A DNA stretch of 63,157 nucleotides, counting the filler, from Asterionella formosa (taxonomy: Eukaryota), in NCBI GenBank assembly GCA_002256025.1. It is 16 parts of 16 records of this genome, joined end to end, with 100 filler letters (N's around TTAATTAATTAA, not from the genome) between each part and the next. Parts side by side here need not be neighbours in the genome. Positions count along the whole stretch, not along the records: positions 16,326 to 32,526 come from NKIB01005042.1; 15 more parts are not named here. The stretch is one strand, 5' to 3'. Below the pieces are notes generated by a model. It ran no database searches. It saw nothing but the letters and a program-made list of their open reading frames with translations, and was not told the origin of the DNA. The translations under genes and the position numbers were made by a program. Below are positions 18,894 to 29,615 of this stretch, one piece after another; position 1 is the first letter of the stretch; each line of letters begins with the position of its first letter.

Positions 18894-21455
18894 TTATTCC
18901 ATGCCACATAAATCGGAAGGATCAACTTCAATGGGGCCGAAGAGGAGAAGGAGACGATACGACATAACAACCATTGTGAAACTTCCCACAATGTCTTGGA
19001 TTGCCGTCTCCAATGGACCACCCCACTTCCCAGCATCTCGTCTAAAGATGAAGGAAAAGATCAAAGGTGCCAAAGTTCCAGTGAGACCTCCAGTCAAGAT
19101 GCTGATAAACTGAGCCGTAAAGATTGTAAGTCCAAAAGGAAGATCCATCCCACTCAAAATGAAACCAAGGGTCCCAAGAACAGAACCCATTCCAAGACCA
19201 AGAATGGCAGCAGCACCAACCTCAGTGCGCAACCACGCTGAATAGTTTTTCAATGTCACATGTTCATGGGAAATCGCTCTGGTTGTCAGAGTACTAGCTT
19301 GCAGGCCACAGTTTCCTGAGATAGCACTTGAAAGCGGAAGGAAGCCCATCATCAATTGATACCTCTTTCTCCCGAGAAGAGAACATAACCTGTCACTGCC
19401 TCCGGATACCATTAACAACACCGGAATCTCAACTATCAATGTCACTATTAGGGCAAGTAACCGTTCGGGAAATGCCCGAGCAAAGAGGCTGCTTCGACGA
19501 TACTTGTCACATTCGTTTGTTTCTTCTTCAAGATCAATTGGATCAATTGAACGAATAGAGCTAAAGAGAGACTCAGCTCTAGATAGCAACGAATTTGCTT
19601 TTGGATACCGACAGATGCCATTGGAATCCTCAATCATTTTGCTCTCTCGCTTCCCCACTAGAGGTTCGGTCTCGGTCGGGAATGTCGAGTTGTTCTGATA
19701 AGGCCCTCGCGAAATCAGTCCTGTCGCAACCGGGGATGTGGTACCAAATGTGAAATGATATCTGGCATCCAAAGAATCCCTCCCGCTTCCAACTTCTTCA
19801 TCACAGTGTAGCAGCGGAATATTGTTATGCTGAGGAGTGGATGAAATACCGATTACCTCTCGTTCATTGAGTGGTGAAACGTTCATTGCACTAGCTGGGG
19901 ACCACAAGTCGTCACCAGGCAAATCACGAAGCGAGTCCTGACCCGCACTATATGGAGTTCCCCCGTCAAATTTGTCATAATCAAAGCCGTCAACAATAGC
20001 TGGCATGCTGATGGAACGCCTCACTCCATTATTAATTTCAGACGAGATCGATGCTCGAGGAGGCGTCATTATTGTGCCAGGTCGCATTTTGCGATTGACA
20101 ATAGCTGAGTTGGTAGCGACAGAAACCATAACATCCAGAGGGCCAGCATCATCAATGAAATGTCCCTGGTGATGCACTTGAGCATTTTCTCCCCTGTGAT
20201 CGCGGATCGAGGGTGCAATCTCTTCCTGTGCGATTTCACTAGGATGGTTCGCAGTCCCAGTATTACTGGCTACTGATGTTGCTCCACCTGGCGAGAGAAC
20301 CGAGGATACCGAAGCGGATCCGCAGCCCTCAACGCTGGCATGCGATTGCAGTGGTGTCGTGTTGCTGAATGACGCAGTTGTGTGGGTTCTCTCGGAGAAG
20401 GGTCCTAAATGACGTTGCCCCAGATCCTCCTGAAAATTATCAACCAAATCTCCCACTTCCGAAAATTCGTCGTCACGCTCGGAAGGAGGAGCATTTCCGA
20501 TGCTTGCTTCTTCGATGGCTGCCATTTCTTGAATTTCCCGTTCTGTGAGTCTAAACAATCTCGGCTGATCCGACTGTTGTGAGAACGAAATGCTGGATTC
20601 CAGTTCCTGCAAGGGGGAGCTGGGTTCATGCGAGCCGAAGTTCGAATGGCGACCATCTTCAGTCAATGCGTCCTCGAGATTTTCCAATGAAACCATGCTG
20701 TTGTTGACAACCACAATATCGCCTTCTGAAACAGGAGAGTATGAGCGAATAGAACCTGCTGTTCCTACCTCCGAGTGATGTAAATGTTGATCGATCGAAA
20801 AAACGTCGTTCTCCACCTCAGGGTGGTCATCAATGGCAGCTGAAGGAGCATCGTCAATATCTATAGACATGCGACTGTTAATATCTTGAACTGGCTCCAC
20901 GACAACGGGCTCACTCAAGAATCGTTCCATAACAACTCCGCCTACGACCTCAGGTGGCGGCGATATGACAGTATTTCCGCCGGCAGTAGAAACTGTGTTC
21001 TTCTCGCTCAAGAATCGCTCCATAGCATATCCCAGCTCCTGTTCGTCTTCTTTGGGGTTATCAAATTCCATATTCGCGGCTGCAATAGAGGATCCTGCAC
21101 CAAGAGTGCCTGCCACACTTTCTTCTTCCTCCACCAATCCACCAAATTGATTGTCTCCTTCACCTGCTCCTCCGTTGCTCAAAGCAAACTGACGCTTGAG
21201 TCGAGCGCGCTCTGTCTCCACACGAGCTTGACGCTCCCGTTCCACGAGTTGTTCCTTCAAGGTCCGTTCTGGTAAAGGAGGCATGTGGTGCCCAGGGGCG
21301 CTCTCTTCGTCCCCCAGCGACGCCCGGTGATCGTCTACCAAGATATGGTGTGGATTCAACGCGTGTTCATCAGGATGCTCGTCATTTTGATTTCGCCGTT
21401 CATCGCTATTGCGGGATTCACCAGACATGTTGCTGTCGAAGTGATTCAAGTCCAT
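18894..21455 (-). CDS. MgtE/SLC41-family divalent cation transporter with long acidic disordered N-terminus
   Basis: C-terminal membrane domain FLPLSSAISGNCGLQASTLTTRAI...GTLAPLIF...GPLETAIQDIVG. Likely start MDLNHF at 21455. Confidence 0.85.
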   Translation of the reverse strand: MDLNHFDSNMSGESRNSDERRNQNDEHPDEHALNPHHILVDDHRASLGDEESAPGHHMPPLPERTLKEQLVERERQARVETERARLKRQFALSNGGAGEGDNQFGGLVEEEESVAGTLGAGSSIAAANMEFDNPKEDEQELGYAMERFLSEKNTVSTAGGNTVISPPPEVVGGVVMERFLSEPVVVEPVQDINSRMSIDIDDAPSAAIDDHPEVENDVFSIDQHLHHSEVGTAGSIRSYSPVSEGDIVVVNNSMVSLENLEDALTEDGRHSNFGSHEPSSPLQELESSISFSQQSDQPRLFRLTEREIQEMAAIEEASIGNAPPSERDDEFSEVGDLVDNFQEDLGQRHLGPFSERTHTTASFSNTTPLQSHASVEGCGSASVSSVLSPGGATSVASNTGTANHPSEIAQEEIAPSIRDHRGENAQVHHQGHFIDDAGPLDVMVSVATNSAIVNRKMRPGTIMTPPRASISSEINNGVRRSISMPAIVDGFDYDKFDGGTPYSAGQDSLRDLPGDDLWSPASAMNVSPLNEREVIGISSTPQHNNIPLLHCDEEVGSGRDSLDARYHFTFGTTSPVATGLISRGPYQNNSTFPTETEPLVGKRESKMIEDSNGICRYPKANSLLSRAESLFSSIRSIDPIDLEEETNECDKYRRSSLFARAFPERLLALIVTLIVEIPVLLMVSGGSDRLCSLLGRKRYQLMMGFLPLSSAISGNCGLQASTLTTRAISHEHVTLKNYSAWLRTEVGAAAILGLGMGSVLGTLGFILSGMDLPFGLTIFTAQFISILTGGLTGTLAPLIFSFIFRRDAGKWGGPLETAIQDIVGSFTMVVMSYRLLLLFGPIEVDPSDLCGME

Positions 21456-21534
21456 TGTGAAGGGTTGTCTTGTACGTTGACTGAAAAATGAAGGATGACT
21501 ACAAATGTCAAAGCGAATCAACAGGAATTTGGTT

Positions 21535-21930
21535 GTACAGTACCTGGTACTGTGCTCCCGTATGCCGATATATACCGGTAGTATAAAAAGAGCAGCCAAC
21601 AAATAGATTTTGTGCGCAGCTACCGGTAGCTATGTACTACATACAGCAAAGACGAGTCCTCAGCAAACAAGCGTCTATTTCTATGCATGTACTGGTACAT
21701 CAAATATTAGAGTAGAGGAGTACGGTAGAGTACCTGGTACCAGGAATCAGGAATCAGGAATCCGGTACATACTAATACATTATATACACTTTTTGAAATC
21801 AGTATCTTACGGTTTACCGATATTTATAAGGTATACATAGGTACCGGGTACCGGTATTGTTACACAGTAGTCCGATTCTTTGGAAAAGTCTCTGCCGCTA
21901 TCAATCATCATTACCGGTACCGGTAGATGA
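21535..21930. promoter_or_regulatory. Divergent intergenic region rich in GGTACC/TACCGGTA motifs
   Basis: About ten GGTACC, GTACCWGG or TACCGGTA units between the head-to-head MgtE and FGGY kinase genes. The regulatory role is inferred. Confidence 0.4.
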
Positions 21931-22011
21931 ACTCGCACCTATGAAGGCTTGTGCGCCTCCCTATTAGCAAAGTTCAACGAAATACCTCCTGCTAGATCGT
22001 GACACTGTGCC

Positions 22012-23433
22012 ATGAGAACCGCAGTTATTAGTATCTTTATTGGAATGGGCACTGTAGGGGCGCTCTCTTCATTACCTCGATTCGCAGGCTTTGATCTGGG
22101 AACTTCAGGAGCGAGACTCTCCGTTATTGAAGCATGTTCATCGACGGGTTCCCAAGTTCGAGAAATATTTTCGGACAGTATATTGTGGGATGGGGCCTAC
22201 GATGATTCTGATGCATGGTTGTCAGCTGTCCGACACTTGCTGCGCTCCGCACAAGCGTCTGTTGACATGTTGTCTATTTCTGCCATTTGTGTGTCGGGAA
22301 CATCCGCGTCCTGCTTGTTGGTGGATGGTGCAGGTGACATGACTCGGTCTCCACGGATGTATGACTACGATGTGGTGGCCTCGTTGCCAGAGTACGGAGC
22401 CAAAGCTAAGACTTTCCTAGACAAGTATGCTCCTCCAAAGCATACGGCCAGAGCCAATACTGCATCCTTTCCCAAGCTCATGGCTTGGATTGTTGAGAAG
22501 CCATTACGTGAGGGAGAACGAATATGTCATCAATCGGATTTTATCACTATGAAGTTATCCGGAACATCCAACATACGGTCAGATTGGCACAATACCTTGA
22601 AGCTGGGATATGACGTGCGGCAACTCGAGTGGCCCGATTGGCTGATACAGTGCTTGAAAGATGCTGGAGTCTCAGATCCACGTTTAGTGTTGCCATCCCA
22701 AGTTGTATCGCCAGGAGAGATTCTAGGAACCGTTGGATCCCATTTTGTTACCGAGTTTGGCCTCTCGCCAGATTGTCAATTGGTGGGAGGTACAACAGAC
22801 TCAAACGCTGCTTTTTTTGCCGCTGTCGGTAACAAACCATCCATGGGAACGGCAGTGACGTCGCTAGGCAGCACGCTTGCTATCAAACAATTGAGTCAAT
22901 CATTTGTTGAAGATGCCACACGTGGTGTTTACAGCCATAGATTTCCTGGGAATGGAGAAGGCTGGTTGATTGGAGGGGCAAGCAACGTTGGTTGTGCCAT
23001 ACTCAGACAAGAGGGCTTTTCAAACGAAGAACTTGTAGATCTTAGCATTGACATCGACCCCACTGTGGATGTTCCTCTGTCCTACTACCCCTTGACCAAG
23101 AAAGGTGAAAGATTTCCAGTTGCTGACAGTGATAAGCTACCAGTATTGGAACCTAAACCTGGAACTAGAAAAGAATATTTACATGGAATCCTCCAGGGGA
23201 TTAGTGAAGTGGAGTGCACTGCATTTAAGGTTCTCGGGGAGCTTGGCGCTGTCCCTAGTCAACCAACACTGGTTTTGACATGTGGAGGAGGTTCGAGAAA
23301 TGATAAATGGAACGAAATGAGGCAACGAAGATTAGCTGTTGAGTTCAACGACAATATCATCACAGTGAAGAAGGCAGAGAACACCGAAGCTAGCTTTGGA
23401 GCTGCTTTACTTGCTGCCCTATCTTTCCAATAG
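22012..23433 (+). CDS. FGGY-family carbohydrate kinase (xylulose/D-ribulose kinase-like), probably plastid-targeted
   Basis: GFDLGTSGAR, GTTDSNAAF, TSLGSTLAIK, GGASNVG, GERFP and GGGSRN motifs. Signal-peptide-like N-terminus ending VGA-L. Confidence 0.9.
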   Translation: MRTAVISIFIGMGTVGALSSLPRFAGFDLGTSGARLSVIEACSSTGSQVREIFSDSILWDGAYDDSDAWLSAVRHLLRSAQASVDMLSISAICVSGTSASCLLVDGAGDMTRSPRMYDYDVVASLPEYGAKAKTFLDKYAPPKHTARANTASFPKLMAWIVEKPLREGERICHQSDFITMKLSGTSNIRSDWHNTLKLGYDVRQLEWPDWLIQCLKDAGVSDPRLVLPSQVVSPGEILGTVGSHFVTEFGLSPDCQLVGGTTDSNAAFFAAVGNKPSMGTAVTSLGSTLAIKQLSQSFVEDATRGVYSHRFPGNGEGWLIGGASNVGCAILRQEGFSNEELVDLSIDIDPTVDVPLSYYPLTKKGERFPVADSDKLPVLEPKPGTRKEYLHGILQGISEVECTAFKVLGELGAVPSQPTLVLTCGGGSRNDKWNEMRQRRLAVEFNDNIITVKKAENTEASFGAALLAALSFQ

Positions 23434-24426
23434 AAAATTTAAATCATGTAATAATTTCTTTTTTGCCATGATAAGTGCCGGTTCTTGGCGATTGCAAGCT
23501 ATGTGGTAAGAGCTCTTACTACTTTAGGAACATATATCTGATTACAGAAGCCACATCATGTGAAGTGATGAATATGTCCATGATACAATCTTTTAGTGTA
23601 TTGATGTGGCAGTACATATATTGTTAGGAGGACAGTGTGAAACGGATCGACAACACAAGCATTTACTTCTGCTTGGTTGGTCAAATCAATAGGTAAAGTT
23701 GCTATTACGCACATCAGCTCTGACTTTTTCTATACAGCAGCACCAATAAATTTTGGTTTTGTCGTAGCCACACCCTGTATGTGTCTATTTATCTACCGTA
23801 CTTAAGTTGCAACTACTGGGTAGCTTTCCTCCAACTTATATCAAAATTTCGAATCCTGAAGAAAATCTTATATCTGTACTTAGAGTAGTGTAAAGAGTTC
23901 AACATTTTATACTCTACTCATTGGGCCACTTTGTGATGAGCTACTCACCTATACTCGACGCTCTCCAATGTACCATATTACAAGTGGTAGTGGTAGCTAC
24001 AACCTATCATGGTACCTGGTACAATAAATAAAGTGTTATCCCTCGTGATGAATAGTTTTTAACTTACTTTTCAACTTCGTCCTTCATGCATCGGTTTGCC
24101 ACCACTGCAGACCAACATAGCGATACAATGACAGCAATCGACAAGAAACAGGTCGTACCTCCTATTGTCTACTCCGTGAAACATGCGGCGATAATACAGA
24201 AATATGATGTCCTTTTGAGTTCTGACGGTATATTCTAGTCCAGTGCAGATCTATTTCTTACAAATTTCACAGTAATGTCTGTGCTCTTACTACTGATTCT
24301 GACAATTATTACACTACAAGTGGAATACATGTAGAAAGACAAGCTCCATAAAGGGATAACTACCTAGCGTCTACTCCACCCACTTGGTTTTGTCGAAACG
24401 CAGAACGTTTTCTGACTGGGGCCACC

Positions 24427-27400
24427 TCAGTCCTGAAGCCAAGGACTTCGCAGTGCCTGCAGAGCTGTGTGTCGAGCTTCAGGGTCAAACTCAAGTAAAG
24501 GTCGAATGAAATCTGCAACATCTTCTGCATCTTTTCGATCAAAGTGGTACTTTTCACAAAGGACTTCCTGAACAGGCCAAAACTTCAGTTGCTTGATGTG
24601 TTTCAAACCACCCTTTCGGTCGAAGAAGTTTTTTGAGTATTTCCCTCCTAGCGACAACCGCTTTGGCATCTTGCCAAGCAGTTCTTGGAACATGGCAAGG
24701 TGGTCCTCGTCACGGTCATAGTCTTCACCTGCCCGAGGATCAAATAAAAGGTCTCCCGTCAAGAGTTCAAATGTGATGCATCCAAGAGACCACATATCGG
24801 CGGAAGTGTCATATTTTGTGCCAATCAAGACCTCCGGGGCTCGGTATTGACGTGTTTGGATATCTTCGCTGAAGTGACGATGTGTCCAGCATGCATTTCC
24901 AAGATCAACTACTACAGTACGGCATTGTCGAAGCATGTTGGCATCTTGAAGATCTGGTTGATGCGACGCCCTTGCTACTGCATCTTTTGTTGATGTCACT
25001 GGTCCTTGGAAACCAGAATCTACTTTTGGAACGTACTTTCCACCTTCTTTGAACCTTGTTCCATTGGAGGGAATCTTCTGGTTTCTTGAATCATGAAGTC
25101 CAAGGAAAGACATGAATTCAGTTCCCGGTTCAAGACCCATGAATGCTCGAACCCTATCTTGTATTGGATTCCTGGCATTCCACCATTGCACAACCTTTTC
25201 CATCCCTCCTCCATTCAACTCAAATGAATGAAGCCCATCCTCCCCTGCTGTAGGCCGTGCAGAAAATTCCTTGACAAGACGAAGATCAAATCCCAAGACG
25301 CATGTAGCAACGGGATTCGACGAGGACGGGTCCAATCCATCATCCTTGATCTTCATTGCCAATGAATGATCGCAAATTGATTTGAAACTTTTTCCAAACA
25401 CGACACTATCCAGCTGCGGGTTCCCCTCCTCTCGTTTGTAAGTCAAGAATGCGACACCAGGCAGCTTGCTTTCAAGGAAGCTAAGAACAACAAAGGTCGA
25501 CTCCACAGGGAACGCAACAGAAAACACTGAGAAAGGCAATGCCCGACTTGAACGGGAAGAGCCCCCAACTGGGAATTCAGAGATATTTTCATCATCCGAC
25601 TCCCCGCTTAAGTTTGCACAAATAAGTTGGATGACATCGGAATAAATTTGATTGCTTTCCATGCTAGCATCTTTCCGACTCCTCTGGGAAAGTTTGAACA
25701 TGGTTTTAACAGACAATGCCTCGTTACCTTCGGGGTCAGACACTGCCAGCGCAAATCGCCACTCTCTTGCCATGCCTTTCCCAATACTACGATCCCAGTT
25801 CATGCCTCCGAATGCTGAAGAAATGGTATCAGCTAGTTCTTCTTCTGGAGTAAACGCTCGCAATACGAAAGTGATTTCTCCAATCCTAGATCCATTCTTG
25901 TGTTGCATGTGAAAGTAGTTATCAAGCTCTGCAGCACTGGGCCGGGTGACTTCAAGATGATCACGCATAATCTGTGCAAGTGGAGATTCAACGGAGAGTT
26001 GGTGTCGTCCAAAATTGCAAAAGACGAAAGGACTGTGATTGATCCGTCGGGTAACGCGGTTGGCCGAGCTGGGAGATGTAACATCTTTGTCTTCATCATT
26101 AGAAAGCTTCAATGATGAAACAACACTGCCTTTTCCCCCAATTATGCTCTCCATCTCACGATCTGAAAGAGTTGCACGAGTAGTGTTCCCGTCCTCTTTA
26201 TCCGCTATGTCTGAATCATCATCGTCGTCATCTGAATTATAAACAAACTTCGCTTCTTTTTGCCGCTTTTTCTTCAATCTCTTCTGCACCCCTTGTCGTT
26301 CGTCGTAGGTCAGGGAAGGGTCGTTCAGAGCTGCCTCAAGTTCAAAAATCGACATCTTCAACGGATTTCTTTGTCTGCCATCTTCAGAATTTTCCATCAC
26401 TACGGCTGCAGCGCACGCGGCTTCTTCTTCCGACATTTGGTTTGGAAATTGCACCAATACGTTCTCGGGCTTAAGGTCAGTGTGGATAATGCTACACTTG
26501 CGGTGCAAGAAATCTAGTCCCATGCAAATACCTTTGATCATTTTCTTCACAACCGGAACCGGAATTCCTCGATAGTTGAAAGCCTTAATCACAGAGAGCA
26601 AGTTGCAGCCCAGCATTGAAAAAACCATACACATGTGTCGACCGTTGGGGCCAGTGTGAAAGAATGAATCATGAAGGGTTGCTACATGCTTAGAGTGTTC
26701 CACAATCTCTTTCGATGTCACTCCATCGCCGTCGATACTGTCGAGTTCAGCTGAGGCTTCACACTGCTTTCTTTCTGAAGCAACGCAATCCAAGAGTTCA
26801 ACTTCGTCCATAGCTGCTTCCGTGTAATGTTCGGCAGATTTTTGAACTTTCAGAGCAAAGAACTGAGTTTGCTTTGCTTTCAATGAATCTGCAGTGGCAA
26901 TGACCTTTCGATCTTTCACCATCCACACAGTCGAAAAGTGGCCCCATCCTAGCTTTTTGATGACCACATATCTTCAAAGAGCAACAGCGAAGTTAGATCT
27001 TGTTGAAATACTTCACCAAATGTCATTGCGCCGAGCTTACCTTTGATTATACACTTCGCCTACCTTGACTAGGTGATAGCCTCCTGCCTTGTAACCATCC
27101 TCCCCTTCATCTTCGTCATCTGTGTAGTCTTCTGCACTGTCGCTACCGTTCACTGATTTTTTAGTAGCTTCATCGTCCGATTCACTCCCATTCGAATCAT
27201 CACCGGTGTTGTATTCATTGTCAGCACTGTTGTCAGCCTTTCGTAACACTGAACGTCGCTCCTTATCAGCCTTAGCTGCAATATCCACAGATTCCTCACC
27301 ATCCATCTTTGGAGGAGACTTGGCATTGCTATACATTGCTAGCGAATGCGATGTGGGACTGGGAGGCATAACATCTTCGTCATCGTCCTCAAAGACATTG

Positions 27401-27579
27401 TCGTCCTCGTCAGAATAATCCAGAATACTGTCAACCTTGGAGGCAGAGTATTTTGGTTGTTTTCCTATACTCAGTTTGTTGGCGACTGCTGCGACAATCT
27501 CGGCGATATCGGCATCTTCTTCTGTGGACGCCATACTTGTTGAAGCAGCTAGTTGGTCTAGTTGGTCCAGTTGGTCCAT
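24427..27579 (-). CDS. SRPK: SR-protein-specific kinase, 2 exons (27579-27041, 26971-24427)
   Basis: The 69-bp GTAAG...AG intron 26972-27040 restores [31 protein letters not shown]. Other motifs: HTDLKPEN, a long spacer insert, DLGNACW, DIQTRQYRAPE. Confidence 0.95.
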
Positions 27580-28983
27580 CGTACAGTTGTCGTTCTCGTT
27601 GACCTATTGAAAGTTTATTTCCTCTCGTTTCAGCGTTACAAGAGTTTCAGCAGATTTTTCCGTAAATTTCATATATACGGAAGGATGTGCAATGTTCTTA
27701 ACTGATCAAAAAACCTATGGAAGGTTCAGAAGAAGGAATACAGACTCCTCGAATAAGCAGTAGCACGTTAAAACTACGCTGAATCACCTTCTAAGCCTTT
27801 CTTTGAGTAAATAATAGAGAGCGAACTGCAATCTTTCGGCTCCTGTATTATTCGGCAGTGTAACCAGCTTGTATACGAGACTTTAGAGTACCCCAACAAT
27901 GAGTGGCAAGTTACAAGGCATCCAAAACTTATGAGCGGCTGGCTGAGGGAGAATGAGGTTAGTCAAGATTGTAACCCATGTAGCAACTACGAGGTACTAT
28001 GAAAATATAATTCATGTATGATGTAGCTGGCATACTAAGCACAAAACATTTGGAATTTCCTTTGTCATTACAGGTACCGTTGTAAGGTACTATGTAGTCC
28101 ACGGATATAATTTGTACGACGTAGTTTATTACCAGGTACTGTAAGCCTATACACATACATATACATACATGGATGTGGCACTAATGAATAAAGTCATGGC
28201 GCAACAATCCTTTGCTGTCAGGACGAGCCCTGATGGTGCACCGGGCTTCAAGTCATTGGGGTTGACGGTGTACGTTCTACGCCTCTCTTGTACCTAGGAT
28301 GAAAAGGCGCTAGAATGTTTTATCAACCTACATTCCCGAATAGCTGCATGCAGTAACTTGGCATGCCGAGCGATGGTTGAGCGTTGCTGCTCGGAAATAG
28401 TGTATACATATATAAATATATGTATAAAGCATTTGAAACCGTCTTCTTCACTACCTTACGAGGGTGGCAGAGCATTTTAAACTATAACTGGTAAGAATTC
28501 CATGAATCGGAGTGAGTACCAGGTGCAAGGTACCAGGTCCTTCACATTGCTTTGCCATGTCGTATTACATCATAAACAAGAAGACTACAAGTAAAAAGCT
28601 TCTGTGACATCCATTGAAACATCATGAGGTTCACTTTCATATGGTCATACAAAATTCTTTGAGGTGATTGGTGAGCACCATCAGTCACTGTTGATGCAAA
28701 CTGTCCAATAATGAAGGTAGAATTCCTGCATGGTGGTGGAAATACAGTGCTGCTTCTGCTGCTAGCACTAGCTTTCATGCATGACATTATTGGATCTTGG
28801 CTGGCTGGTGGACAGGAAGTGTTTGATGTCATCATTGGAGGTGTTGTAAATGTTCTGGGGGGATTGGGATGGTCCTGATAAGCAAAAAGGATTTCATACC
28901 ACTGCTGTACATGCTGCTGTATGTTACAATCACAACCAAGCAAGCAGGCTCACAAGCAAACTGTTAACTACTACATACTACCA

Positions 28984-29615
28984 CATCTAAGCTGCGTATT
29001 ATGTGAAGTGACCTTCACCTAAATAAGCCTAGTTGATTTTGAATGGATCACATGAATTAGTTGAATACATCAAACTGTGTACTTGTAAATATTTGATTGC
29101 TTACAGTTACCTACTACTAACATACAAGTAGCTATAGTCCAATATATTGTATGTGGTGAACTTATTAAGTTATTTTTTGTACCATCAAATTAAAAATTCC
29201 ATCTTTAGATAATTCAATGTATGAATGGGAAGCATTACATGAAACTGGGAGGAGTGAGCTTGTTTACCGGAAAAGCGCAAGTTCTGTATGTGATGTGCAG
29301 AACTTAAAAACTTTGATGATTAAGGCATGCATGAAATTAGTCACAACAGATATCGTTACTATTTCGTAAATGAAGATACTTGATGTAAATGAATTATCCA
29401 CAAAAGCAGGATCTTGGTTAGACTTTGAGATGAATAATTTGAATCATCAACTAATTCAGTTTCGTTATTGATTTTTACTGTCAAAACTTCACATGAAACC
29501 CCTTAAAGTAACCTCATTTACGTGAAAAGTGGAATTAATGCATGTTAAATCCCACAAAATTAACACTCCTACATAGATGAAATTTCGAGAAATGGCATAT
29601 TTCGCGGCTTAGATG
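28984..29615. mobile_element. 632-bp MITE-like element with ~20-bp imperfect TIRs
   Basis: Left end CATCTAAGCTGCGTATTATG; right end reverse complement CATCTAAGCCGCGAAATATG. No ORF. The right arm is homologous to 15783-15990. Confidence 0.7.
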
